Below, piece by piece: positions 10,259 through 19,780 of a DNA stretch of 52,399 bases. Made by a program: the position numbers and the translations under genes. The stretch is taken from the NCBI GenBank assembly GCA_017449485.1, contig JAFTFP010000252.1, positions 1 to 52,399 of the forward strand, read 5' to 3'. Positions within the stretch are counted from its first letter, which is position 1, and every line of letters begins with the position of its first letter. This DNA is from Lachnospiraceae bacterium. GTDB taxonomy: Bacteria > Bacillota > Clostridia > Lachnospirales > Lachnospiraceae. The notes beneath the pieces were generated by a model that was not told the origin of the DNA, made no database searches, and was given only the letters and a program-made list of their open reading frames with translations.

Positions 10259-11592
10259 GCGTTATTTTCATTTCGCACGTAGGCAGTCAGCAGGTACTCT
10301 CTGGTATTATGTTCCGGGTGATCCAATACGTCTTCCAGCATGGTATTCAGGATGCTGCCGATCTGTCTGCCGGGGGAAATTCCCTCCGCAATCAGGTCTT
10401 TGCCGGAGACCGCCAGGTCCTTCAGCGACAGTGCACACAGACTCTCCCGGACCTTCTCATACAGCGCTTCCCACTCTCTGAGGGCTTCCTGCTTTTCCTC
10501 TGCCTGGCAGGTGCTCTGCGCACACAGGTCGGCCGCCTTTACTTCGAGCAGCAGCGGGAAGAGCTCCGGCCCCACCTTTACCATCGCGCGGCGCATTGCC
10601 CGCTCTGTGTATTCCGGCTGCAGATCATGGTACCGGACCAGCCTGCATACCTGATCGATCGTATCATTGTCAAATTTCAGACGCCGCAGGATCTGCCGCG
10701 TCATTTCCGTTCCGATCTCGGCATGGCCATGGAAGTGATCGATGCCCTGCTCATCCGTCGTGCGGCATAAGGGTTTCCCGATATCGTGAAACAGCATGGT
10801 CAGGCGCAGAATCCGGTCCGCACGCGCAGCCTGTACCGAGCGCAGAATATGCTCTCCTACATTCCAGCAATGATGCGGGTTGTTCTGCGGTGTCTCAAAG
10901 CAGCGGTCCAGCTCCGGCAGAAAAACAGCTGTCAGGCCGCACGCCGCCGCACAGGAAAGCTTCTCCGGATGATCTGAGAGCAGAATACCGATCAGTTCCT
11001 CCCGGATCCGCTCCGCGCTGATCCTGCACAGCGCAGGTGCCAGGCGGCAGATTGCCTCATAGGTCTTTTCTTCTATCTCATAATTCAGGCGCGCAGAAAA
11101 CCGCACCGCGCGCAGCATCCGCAGAGCATCTTCAGAAAACCGTTCTGCAGGTTCTCCCACGGCGCGGATCAGCCCCCGCCGGATATCCCCCATGCCGTCA
11201 AACAGATCGACCAGTCCCTTTTCCGGGGCATAGGCCATCGCATTGATCGTGAAGTCTCTCCGGCGCAGATCCTCCTCCAGGCTGCGCGTGAAGTGTACTT
11301 CCTTCGGATGGCGGCCATCTTCATAGACGCCGTCAACCCGATACGTCGTCACTTCATATCCCTCTCCGTCCAGGATGACGGTGACGGTGCCGTGCTGCAG
11401 CCCGGTATCCACTGTTCTGGGGAAGCAGGCCTTCACCTCCTGCGGCGAGGCGCTGGTCGTGATGTCCCAGTCCTTCGGAATCCGTCCAAGCACAGAGTCA
11501 CGGACACAGCCGCCTACTATGTAAGCTTCGTGTCCGTTCTCCTTCAGTGTTTCCAGAACTGTATTTACTTTTTCAGGTATCTGAATGATCAA
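10255..11592 (-). CDS. cca: CCA tRNA nucleotidyltransferase with HD domain
   Basis: [48 protein letters not shown]; probable TTG start overlapping the proS stop. Confidence 0.93.
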   Translation of the reverse strand: MIIQIPEKVNTVLETLKENGHEAYIVGGCVRDSVLGRIPKDWDITTSASPQEVKACFPRTVDTGLQHGTVTVILDGEGYEVTTYRVDGVYEDGRHPKEVHFTRSLEEDLRRRDFTINAMAYAPEKGLVDLFDGMGDIRRGLIRAVGEPAERFSEDALRMLRAVRFSARLNYEIEEKTYEAICRLAPALCRISAERIREELIGILLSDHPEKLSCAAACGLTAVFLPELDRCFETPQNNPHHCWNVGEHILRSVQAARADRILRLTMLFHDIGKPLCRTTDEQGIDHFHGHAEIGTEMTRQILRRLKFDNDTIDQVCRLVRYHDLQPEYTERAMRRAMVKVGPELFPLLLEVKAADLCAQSTCQAEEKQEALREWEALYEKVRESLCALSLKDLAVSGKDLIAEGISPGRQIGSILNTMLEDVLDHPEHNTREYLLTAYVRNENNA

Positions 11593-13022
11593 TAAGCCTT
11601 GCCCCAATAAACCATCTTCTGCGCCGGCTTGCCGCAGCAGACACAGGTGCTGCCCACCGTCTCCTGCTCAAAAGGAATGCAGCGGCTGGTGACGCCGTAT
11701 TTCTCCTTGATCTTCTCCTCGCAGGCCTGCTCGCCGCACCACATCGCCTTTACAAAGCCGGTCTTCTCCGCAAAGGTCTGCTCGAATTCCTCTGCCGTAG
11801 CAGCTGTATAGGTATGTGCCTCGAGGTGCTTCTTCGCGCGCTCAAACATATCCTTCTGAATCTGCTCAAGCAGTGCGCCAATCTTCTCAGGCAGCTGATC
11901 GATCGCACACTCCATCTTCTCGCCCGTATCGCGGCGCGCAATGATGCAGACGCCGTTTTCGATATCTCTCGGTCCGATCTCCACGCGGAGCGGAATACCG
12001 TGCATCTCCTGCTCGGCAAACTTGAAGCCCGGGCTCTTGTCCGAATCGTCCACCTTTACGCGGAAGTTCGAGAGCATGCCCTTCAGCTCGAAGGCCTTCT
12101 CCAGAACGCCCTCCTTGCGCTGCTGAATCGGAACGATGGTCACCTGTGTAGGTGCGATGCGGGGCGGCAGCACCAGGCCGGAATTATCGCCGTGCACCAT
12201 GATCAGCGCGCCGATGACGCGGGTCGTCATGCCCCAGGAAGTCTGGAATGCATATTCCAGTGTATTGTCCTTGCCGGTGAACTGAATGCCGTAGGCCCTG
12301 GCAAACTTATCGCCGAAATCGTGGCTGGTGCCGGACTGAAGTGCGCGTCCGTCGTGCATCAGCGCCTCTACCGTGTAAGTCGCCTCGGCGCCTGCGAATT
12401 TCTCCTTGTCAGTCTTGCGGCCCTTCACCACCGGGATCGCCAGATCCTCCGCCAGGAAGTCTGCATAGACATTCAGCATCTGCTGCGTTCTCTCCTGTGC
12501 CTCTTCACGGGTCGCGTGCACTGTGTGTCCCTCCTGCCACAGGAACTCTCTTGAGCGCAGGAAAGGTCTGGTTTCCTTCTCCCAGCGCACAACGGAGCAC
12601 CACTGGTTATAGACCTTGGGCAGATCGCGCCAGGAGTGCACATCCTGCTGATAGAAATCCGAGAACAGCGTCTCTGAAGTCGGCCGGACGCAGTAGCGCT
12701 CTGTCAGCGGTTCGCTGCCGCCGGATGTCACCCAGGCCACCTCCGGTGCAAAGCCGTTGACCAGCTCCTTTTCCTTGTTCAGAAGGCTCTCCGGAATCAA
12801 CATGGGGAGATAGACGTTTTCTACTCCCGTGGCCTTAAAACGCGCATCCAGATGCTTCTGGATATTCTCCCAGATGGCGTAGCCTTCCGGTTTGATCACC
12901 ATGAATCCCTTAATCTGCGAATAAGCGATCAATCCAGCCTTGATCACCACATCCGTATACCATTGCGTAAAATCCTCATCCATGGATGTGATTTCGGCGA
13001 CGAGTTTCTTCTGATCTGCCAT
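11589..13022 (-). CDS. proS: Proline--tRNA ligase, archaeal/eukaryotic type (no insertion editing domain)
   Basis: [25 protein letters not shown]-terminal Cys-rich domain ending WGKAY. Confidence 0.96.
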   Translation of the reverse strand: MADQKKLVAEITSMDEDFTQWYTDVVIKAGLIAYSQIKGFMVIKPEGYAIWENIQKHLDARFKATGVENVYLPMLIPESLLNKEKELVNGFAPEVAWVTSGGSEPLTERYCVRPTSETLFSDFYQQDVHSWRDLPKVYNQWCSVVRWEKETRPFLRSREFLWQEGHTVHATREEAQERTQQMLNVYADFLAEDLAIPVVKGRKTDKEKFAGAEATYTVEALMHDGRALQSGTSHDFGDKFARAYGIQFTGKDNTLEYAFQTSWGMTTRVIGALIMVHGDNSGLVLPPRIAPTQVTIVPIQQRKEGVLEKAFELKGMLSNFRVKVDDSDKSPGFKFAEQEMHGIPLRVEIGPRDIENGVCIIARRDTGEKMECAIDQLPEKIGALLEQIQKDMFERAKKHLEAHTYTAATAEEFEQTFAEKTGFVKAMWCGEQACEEKIKEKYGVTSRCIPFEQETVGSTCVCCGKPAQKMVYWGKAY

Positions 13023-13105
13023 AGCTTGTTTCCCTCTCATTTCTGATTTCTATTAGTAAATGGATACCATGTACTTACTTAAATGATCTGCCGCGGCGCA
13101 CCTGT

Positions 13106-13210
13106 GATCCGCCGGAGGCTTCAACTCAGTCGGGGATTACCACCCACCACTGAGTTATAATTATTTATCACCCACCATCTAAAAAGGCAGGGACTCACGA
13201 CTGAGTTGAA
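13106..13210 (-). repeat. Dispersed hairpin-plus-tail repeat, copy A (65-bp insert)
   Basis: 13-bp perfect inverted repeat TTCAACTCAGTCG (13120-13132) / CGACTGAGTTGAA (13198-13210) plus tail GCCTCCGGCGGATC on the minus strand; homologous to 30233-30275. Confidence 0.85.
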
Positions 13211-13214
13211 TGTA

Positions 13215-14918
13215 TCAGAAATCTCCCGGCTTCCGGGTCTTCTTTTCTCCCAGCCCCAGCCGGTTGATGGCCGAGAAAATCGCGCGCACGGAAGCTCTTG
13301 TGATATTCGAGCTCACGCCGACGCCGTGAGTGGTGCGGCCGGTCTGCGAATCCAGCAGGTGGATATAAGCCGCCGCCTGTGAATCGGATCCTGCCTGCAG
13401 CGCGTGCTCGTTGTAGTCCAGAATCTTGATCTGCATATCCGTGTTTTCCAGAATCGCGCGGCGCACTGCATCCAGCGGGCCGTTTCCGATGCCCTCGATG
13501 ACCTTTTCCTCGCCGTGATCTGTATAGGTCAGCACTGCCTTGGTGTCGAACTTCTCACGCGCCTCCTCGCCCAGGTCATAGACCTGCAGCTTGCGGAAGT
13601 GCAGCGGCTCCTTCATATTCAGATATTCGCTGCGGAACGCATCCATGATCTGATCCGGGCTCACCTCGCCCTGCTTCTCCGAGATATCCTGGATGACATC
13701 CGCGAATTCGCGGTGCATATCCTTCGGCAGCTTGAATCCGAAATACGTGTCCATGATAAACGCCACGCCGCCCTTGCCGGACTGCGAGTTGATCCGGACG
13801 ATCGGTTCGTAGACCCGGCCGATATCCGCAGGATCGATCGGCAGATACGGGACCTGCCAGATCTCGGAGCCGCGCTCCTTCATCGCTGCGACGCCCTTGT
13901 TGATCGCATCCTGATGCGATCCCGAGAAAGCTGTGAAGACCAGCTTGCCGGCATACGGATGACGCGGATCCACATGCATCTTGCAGCAGCGTTCATACAC
14001 ATCTATAATCTCTGTGATATTCTCAATATTCAGATTCGGGTCGATTCCCTGCGAGAACATATTGTAGGCAATGGTCAGAATATCTACATTGCCGGTCCGC
14101 TCGCCGTTTCCGAGCAGCGTGCCCTCGATCCGGTCCGCGCCCGCCAGCAGCGCCAGCTCCGCAGCTGCCACGCCGGTGCCCCGGTCGTTGTGCGGATGCA
14201 CGCTTAAGATGATGCTCTCGCGATCCGAGAAATGTTTGTTCATCCACTCGATCCGGTCCGCGTAGACATTCGGCGTTGTCATCTCCACCGTGGACGGCAG
14301 ATTGATGATCATCGGATCATCCTTGGTCGGCTGCCAGACCTCCTGCACGGCCGTGCAGATTTCAAGGGCAAAATCCTGCTCCGTTCCAGTGTAGCTCTCC
14401 GGGGAGTACTCGAGAATGATCTTTCCCGGGAATTTCTGAGCCCGCTCCTTGACCCACTTTGTGCCCTGCACAGCAATATCGATGATCTCCGGCCGGCTTT
14501 TGCCAAAGACGACATCCCGCTGCAGCGTCGACGTGGAATTATAGATGTGCACAATGGCCTGGCTGCAGCCCTCGATGGACTGGAAGGTCCGCTCGATCTG
14601 CTCCTCCCTGCACTGGGACAGCACCTGAACCAGCGTGTCCTCCTGCAGTTTTCTGCGCTCAATCAGCTGACGCAGAAAGTCATATTCGATCTGGCTGGCC
14701 GCGGGAAAGCCGATTTCGATTTCCCGGAACCCGAGCTTGAGAAGAAGCTGGAAGAATTCCATCTTCTCGCTCACCACCATCGGGTCGATCAGTGCCTGGT
14801 TGCCGTCGCGCAGATCCACGCTGCACCAGATCGGTGCCTTCTGAATCTCCCGTCCCGGCCACTCGCGCTCAGGGTAATACTCTACTGGATTTCTCTGATA
14901 TCTCTTATAATTCAGCAT
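13215..14918 (-). CDS. leuA: 2-isopropylmalate synthase (yeast/actinobacterial type)
   Basis: WCSVDLRDGNQAL, HPHNDRG, GNGERTGN, AFSGSHQDAI, RINSQSGKGG. Confidence 0.95.
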   Translation of the reverse strand: MLNYKRYQRNPVEYYPEREWPGREIQKAPIWCSVDLRDGNQALIDPMVVSEKMEFFQLLLKLGFREIEIGFPAASQIEYDFLRQLIERRKLQEDTLVQVLSQCREEQIERTFQSIEGCSQAIVHIYNSTSTLQRDVVFGKSRPEIIDIAVQGTKWVKERAQKFPGKIILEYSPESYTGTEQDFALEICTAVQEVWQPTKDDPMIINLPSTVEMTTPNVYADRIEWMNKHFSDRESIILSVHPHNDRGTGVAAAELALLAGADRIEGTLLGNGERTGNVDILTIAYNMFSQGIDPNLNIENITEIIDVYERCCKMHVDPRHPYAGKLVFTAFSGSHQDAINKGVAAMKERGSEIWQVPYLPIDPADIGRVYEPIVRINSQSGKGGVAFIMDTYFGFKLPKDMHREFADVIQDISEKQGEVSPDQIMDAFRSEYLNMKEPLHFRKLQVYDLGEEAREKFDTKAVLTYTDHGEEKVIEGIGNGPLDAVRRAILENTDMQIKILDYNEHALQAGSDSQAAAYIHLLDSQTGRTTHGVGVSSNITRASVRAIFSAINRLGLGEKKTRKPGDF

Positions 14919-14962
14919 TGCCTCTCCGCCTTTCTATGGTCCATTCCGCTGATGTCATTCCG

Positions 14963-14995
14963 AAAAAAAAGCCGGTCCCGCATGACGGACCGGCT
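14963..14995 (-). terminator. Intrinsic terminator after the HPr gene
   Basis: AGCCGGTCC...GGACCGGC followed by T8 on the minus strand. Confidence 0.85.
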
Positions 14996-15011
14996 CATTA
15001 ATGCTTGTCAC

Positions 15012-15278
15012 TTACTCCCCCAGGCCGCTCTCGATCGCCCGGATCATCCCCTGCAGGGCGGTTTCTTCATCCTCTCCGCTGCAGAACACCTCGATCTCGT
15101 CTCCGGATTTTACGCAGGCTCCCAGGACACTCAGCACACTTTTCGCATTCGCGGTCGTGTCTTTAAACTGGAATGTAACGGAAGCTTTATACTTCATTGC
15201 TTCCTTGCATAGGATTCCTGCCGGTCGCAGGTGCAGTCCAGTCGGATTTTTAATTGTCACTTTCTGACTGACCATCAC
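15012..15278 (-). CDS. ptsH: Phosphocarrier protein HPr
   Basis: GLHLRPA (His15 motif) and NAKSVLSVL (Ser46 motif). Confidence 0.92.
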   Translation of the reverse strand: MMVSQKVTIKNPTGLHLRPAGILCKEAMKYKASVTFQFKDTTANAKSVLSVLGACVKSGDEIEVFCSGEDEETALQGMIRAIESGLGE

Positions 15279-15329
15279 ATTGCTCCTTGTCTGTAGTATA
15301 AGCTATTTTAACCAAATCCCCGAAAGGAA

Positions 15330-16718
15330 TCAAGTCTGCCCGTCCTCTTCCTGGGTCGTCCTGAACAGGCTGATCCGCGCTGTGATGCTGCCCGTCTGAG
15401 CGCAGTGCGGCGGCAGCGTGATGCTCACTTCCACAGGCCGCACCAATGCGGCAGCTTCCTGCTCCTCTTCCTGTTCCTGCGAAGCCTCTGCCGGTTCATC
15501 CAGTCCCGCCAGATCCTCCTCCGTCAGCGTGCTGACCACCTTTGTGACATCGATCTGCGGCTGCAGCCCCTCCGGGCTGATCAGATCCAGCTCCTCCTGC
15601 GGCCCCTGAATCGTCAGTGCCACAGACTCTGTCTCTCCGGCGTCCGCTCCGACCAGCTCCGCTCCGAAGCCCTCCGGAATATTCACCAGCGCGATTTCAT
15701 CGCGTCTGAATTCCACCGGTCTGGACGCAAGTTCTTCAATGACAACCGTCACGGTAATCATTCCGTCAAAATCCGAATCGGCGAGCACGGTGCTTTCAGG
15801 CAGATAATCTGTGATGTCAATTTCCTTCACCACATCCTCCGCCGCGCCGCTCACGTCGATCACGCCCTGCGGGATGGTAACGCGCTCAACACCAGACAAT
15901 ACACTCGCGCGTCCCGCGAGATTGACCGCGTTTGGTTCAGACAGCACAACGCCGCTCTGCACATAGCCGGCCGCCGGCGTGCCCGAGACCGTGACCGCAA
16001 TCGGGAACTCGCGGATCGGCAGCACGCTCACACTGACCTTGACCTGCGATACATTCAGCGTAAGGTTGGTTTTGTCCACTTCAGCGCCGTCTGCATTATA
16101 CAGCCGGACATCTGCATACGTGTTGATGTTTCCGGTCGCGCCGCTCACATCCACCACTGCACCTGCGGAGGCGACCTGTGAAACAACCGATTCCGGTCCT
16201 GTGATCCGGACCTGGTTCTGCTCCGGCGTGACTTCACCCAGATAATAGCCGTCGGAAATCTGACCGGATGTAGATGTGCGCAGGGCAAAATGCGAAGTCT
16301 TTCGCTTTTCAACCGACAGCCGCACATTGACAATGCTTCCGGAAATACTGGTCAGCTCATTGCTGTATTTGTTGGAAGAAAGTTTGATTTCGATGGTGTT
16401 CTCGGCCGTGATATCCGCCACGTCCGCCGTGGCGATAATATTGTCCGCATTCAGCGAATCCACGATCGACCGGTTGCCCATGACCGTTACAATCGGAATG
16501 ACATCCGTGCCGTCCAGCACGGTATAGACATTGCCGGTGTCTGTGATCATGGAGGTGTGAAGAAGACGTACCTGGATATTGGAGAACTGAACAGAGGAAA
16601 CCGGATCGTTGAACACGGTCACCAGAAGCCATAAAAGGGCGGCAAACAGCAGCGATCCGATCTTCAGTCCGATATTATTGAACAGGCGGTTCCATATTCT
16701 CTGGTTTTTCTGCTGCAT
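15330..16718 (-). CDS. cdaR: CdaR/YbbR-like diadenylate cyclase regulator
   Basis: NNIGLKIGSLLFAALLWLLV TM signature, repeated beta-rich YbbR-like domains, overlaps the cdaA 3' end. Confidence 0.85.
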   Translation of the reverse strand: MQQKNQRIWNRLFNNIGLKIGSLLFAALLWLLVTVFNDPVSSVQFSNIQVRLLHTSMITDTGNVYTVLDGTDVIPIVTVMGNRSIVDSLNADNIIATADVADITAENTIEIKLSSNKYSNELTSISGSIVNVRLSVEKRKTSHFALRTSTSGQISDGYYLGEVTPEQNQVRITGPESVVSQVASAGAVVDVSGATGNINTYADVRLYNADGAEVDKTNLTLNVSQVKVSVSVLPIREFPIAVTVSGTPAAGYVQSGVVLSEPNAVNLAGRASVLSGVERVTIPQGVIDVSGAAEDVVKEIDITDYLPESTVLADSDFDGMITVTVVIEELASRPVEFRRDEIALVNIPEGFGAELVGADAGETESVALTIQGPQEELDLISPEGLQPQIDVTKVVSTLTEEDLAGLDEPAEASQEQEEEQEAAALVRPVEVSITLPPHCAQTGSITARISLFRTTQEEDGQT

Positions 16719-17574
16719 CGCTGCCTTTTCCTTTCCGGGCAAACAGACCCTTTTTCTCCTCCGTATCCTTGTTCTGGAGTTTTACCAGCTCCGCCCTGAG
16801 CGTCTCCTGATTCAGATTTCTTGACAGGTTCCCCCGATAGGCAGTACTGATGCTGCCGGTCTCTTCCGATACGATAATGGTCAGTGAATCCGTCACCTCG
16901 GAAATGCCGACACCGGCGCGATGGCGGGTGCCCAGATCCTTATCCAGTTTGTTTTCGGACAGGGGAAGATAGCAGGTCGCCGATGTGATGCGATTCTCGC
17001 GGATGATGACAGCGCCGTCATGCAGAGGTGTATTCTTCTCAAAGATGTTGATCAGCAGCTGGCTCGTGACAAGCCCATCTACCTCTATTCCGGTTCTCTC
17101 ATACTCCAGAAGCGGGGTGCTCTGCTCAATGACAATCAGTGCGCCGGTCTTGACGCGGGCCATGGCCATGCAGCCGCGGACGATTTCATTGATGGTGCGG
17201 TCGGAGAACAGCCCCTCCTCATGGGAATCAAACCGGAACAGGGAGTTCAGAACATTGCGCTGCCCCAGTGATTCGACAGCGCTGCGCAGCTCGGGCTGCA
17301 GGATGACAATCACCGCTGTAGACGCAACATAGGCCGCGTTCCGCATAATCCAGAGAACTGTCGTCATGTTCATGAGGACAGCAAAGATGACGAAGATCAG
17401 AATCACCAGAATTCCCTTGAGCATGGACCACGCCCGGGTATTCCGGAGCCAGAGAAGCACATGATAAGTCAGAAAAGCGATGATCAGAACCTCAACGAGG
17501 TCCGACCATCTCAGACTTGGAATATACAGCTGTTCCCAATATTGACTTAAAATAGTCCTGAAATACTGAAACAT
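16675..17574 (-). CDS. cdaA: Diadenylate cyclase CdaA
   Basis: Three TM helices, then TPLHDGAV and GTRHRA DAC motifs. Confidence 0.95.
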   Translation of the reverse strand: MFQYFRTILSQYWEQLYIPSLRWSDLVEVLIIAFLTYHVLLWLRNTRAWSMLKGILVILIFVIFAVLMNMTTVLWIMRNAAYVASTAVIVILQPELRSAVESLGQRNVLNSLFRFDSHEEGLFSDRTINEIVRGCMAMARVKTGALIVIEQSTPLLEYERTGIEVDGLVTSQLLINIFEKNTPLHDGAVIIRENRITSATCYLPLSENKLDKDLGTRHRAGVGISEVTDSLTIIVSEETGSISTAYRGNLSRNLNQETLRAELVKLQNKDTEEKKGLFARKGKGSDAAEKPENMEPPVQ

Positions 17575-17618
17575 GAGCGATCCTTTTCCGGAATGCCCCG
17601 GCGCTGTATGAAATGACG

Positions 17619-18686
17619 TCAGCTGTCGTACATATTGTACTCATCAGGCAGTTCGTCTGTATAGAACTCCTCCGTGTACTCATCCTGGTAAAAATCCGGT
17701 TCGACCGGTTCTTCTTCCTCCGGCCGGGTGCCGCGTCTTGTGCGTCTGCCGAATCCGCCTGAAGGGCTGATCTTCTTGACCCGCCGCTCCGGCGCAGACA
17801 TCGTCACCTTCGGGACTGCCTTCACATAGTAGTAATAATCATCGTCCTCAAACTGTACGTCTTCTGTTCTGGCATAATCCAGATTATACAGGTAGAATAC
17901 GATGATCTCCGCAATCAGTGCAGATACGATCACGCCGAGGAAAACGGCGCCGATCGACAGATTCGTGTTTTCCCGGACATCCCCGACCAGCAGCACCAGC
18001 AGCTGTACAAGGGAGCCTACCGCCACAGCGATGGACCAGGCATGCATGATCCGGAGTCTGCGGATCACCGTGACCACCAGCACCGCAAGCGCTGCTGCCA
18101 GCGCCATGATCATCATGGAGCGATTGCCGATCACGCCGTCAATCAGATAGCGGAACTTGGTCAGCATCTCCAGCTCCTCCGCCTTCTGTCCGATCGTTGT
18201 CTCGTTTTCAGAGACAAAGCGGATAAACGATGCCAGGACGGTTCCCAGCGCCACCGTGACAGCGGAAGCCGGTCCAAAAATCAGGCCTGCTGCCAGCGGC
18301 AGAATATAAGGAATTCCCATCGCAGTGCACAGCGGTGTCAGCACCAGCAGAACCGAATCCTTCGGTGAAAAGCGGAAGTACATAAGAAAGACGATCAGCA
18401 CCAGCACCAGACCTACCGCCGCCGCTTCCAGCGCCAGCGAGTAAAGCTGCACAAGAATATACAGAAGAAGCAGGATCGCCGTGATGCTCATCGGAATCAG
18501 CGCGCTGAACAACGCAAAGATCACCGCAAGCAGCGGGCTTGCCAGTGTGCTCTCATAGCCGATTCTTCCGTTGATGATCAGGATCGCGCTCAGTGCCGCC
18601 AGGAATTTGCAGACCGGAGTTACAAATGCTTCATACTTGCCGACAAACTTTATGATCGTGTCTCGGATTTCCAGTAGCGTCGTCAT
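17619..18686 (-). CDS. Uncharacterised polytopic membrane protein with acidic tail
   Basis: About 8-9 hydrophobic segments, EDVQFEDDDYYYYVKAVPK motif, tightly packed in the operon. Confidence 0.8.
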   Translation of the reverse strand: MTTLLEIRDTIIKFVGKYEAFVTPVCKFLAALSAILIINGRIGYESTLASPLLAVIFALFSALIPMSITAILLLLYILVQLYSLALEAAAVGLVLVLIVFLMYFRFSPKDSVLLVLTPLCTAMGIPYILPLAAGLIFGPASAVTVALGTVLASFIRFVSENETTIGQKAEELEMLTKFRYLIDGVIGNRSMMIMALAAALAVLVVTVIRRLRIMHAWSIAVAVGSLVQLLVLLVGDVRENTNLSIGAVFLGVIVSALIAEIIVFYLYNLDYARTEDVQFEDDDYYYYVKAVPKVTMSAPERRVKKISPSGGFGRRTRRGTRPEEEEPVEPDFYQDEYTEEFYTDELPDEYNMYDS

Positions 18687-18692
18687 ATACCG

Positions 18693-19091
18693 TTATGGTT
18701 CCTCATTTCTTTCATAACCTGCTGACAGTTCCTTCAGGTTGCGGTAATACTCTCTTAAGTTTCTCCGGGTGTGGTTGTAGCGGCGCAGATAGACCACCAG
18801 GGTGATGGCCAGAAAAACCAGAAGAAACAGAATATACCTCGTCAGAATCTGCCGGGCCAGGGCATTCAGATCCAGGCTGTAGATCGTCAGCATCAGCTCT
18901 TCAAAATGATACAGACAGTAGACGCCGACCAGCATCAGGAAGACAAGTGTCGCAGCCAGGAAGGATTTAAGCAGCTCCGCGGAGAGATAATCCGACTTGA
19001 AATAAGCGTCGACCCGTTCGTCCTGCCGGCCTTCGCGCTTTTCATATATAGCCATCTCTGTCATGAGACGGATACGATCTCCGTTCAACAT
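18693..19091 (-). CDS. Small two-TM membrane protein
   Basis: Two hydrophobic helices; start overlaps the comF stop (ATGTTGA). Confidence 0.78.
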   Translation of the reverse strand: MLNGDRIRLMTEMAIYEKREGRQDERVDAYFKSDYLSAELLKSFLAATLVFLMLVGVYCLYHFEELMLTIYSLDLNALARQILTRYILFLLVFLAITLVVYLRRYNHTRRNLREYYRNLKELSAGYERNEEP

Positions 19092-19780
19092 GGTCCGCTC
19101 TCCCCGGTTGCAAAGACAACAAAATATACCGCCGCAGCTCCGGCCGCAAGAAGTGCCTCTGAACAGGCGTCCATCGTCGCTCCTGTGGTATAGATGTCAT
19201 CAATGAGCATAATTATTTTACATTTTACATCATTTCCGTTTACAATAAAAGCCTTTTTCATATTTTCCCGGCGCTGGGCGTGATCCATTTCCTTCATCGC
19301 CAGGGTGCGTTTTGAACGTATTAATAGATCGCTGTTGATCGGTATTCCGGTTTTTCTGGAAACGACATTCCCCAGCAGCTCCGCCTGGTTGTAGCCTCTG
19401 CTGATCATGCGCTCCTTCGAGAGCGGAACCGGCACAATCAGGCTGCAGGCTGCGAAGTCCTCTTCGCGCATTACCCGCTCAGCCATCCTGCTGCCGAGCC
19501 ATTCCGCATATTCCCTTCTGCCGCCGTATTTGAAACGGTAGAGAATCGAGGAGACATCCCGGTACGAACAGACCGCAGCGCCTCTTGTAAAGCTGTGCCG
19601 GATTCTGACGCAGTCACTGCACAGCTCCTGTGTGCTGTCCGCCAGTTTTTTGCCGCAGCGCATGCAGAAAACCGGTCCGATCTCCGGGGCCTGCCGGCTG
19701 CAGGACGGGCAGATCAGTGCGCCATAAGGCCGGACCGGTCTGTCACAGACCGGGCATCTGCGCGGAAAAAGCAGGCTCAG
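19085..19780 (-). CDS. comF: ComF family protein (double zinc ribbon plus PRTase fold); start uncertain
   Basis: LFPRRCPVC, four CxxC pairs, RGYNQAE, LIDDIYTTGAT; start placed at CTG 19780 behind AGGAG (alternative GTG 19900). Confidence 0.88.
   Translation of the reverse strand: MSLLFPRRCPVCDRPVRPYGALICPSCSRQAPEIGPVFCMRCGKKLADSTQELCSDCVRIRHSFTRGAAVCSYRDVSSILYRFKYGGRREYAEWLGSRMAERVMREEDFAACSLIVPVPLSKERMISRGYNQAELLGNVVSRKTGIPINSDLLIRSKRTLAMKEMDHAQRRENMKKAFIVNGNDVKCKIIMLIDDIYTTGATMDACSEALLAAGAAAVYFVVFATGESGPC

Noticed and set aside
13023-13214. T-box riboswitch upstream of proS
   Set aside because: GGTGG occurs but without the GGTGGNACCGCG box, stem I or a terminator; the space is taken by the dispersed repeat
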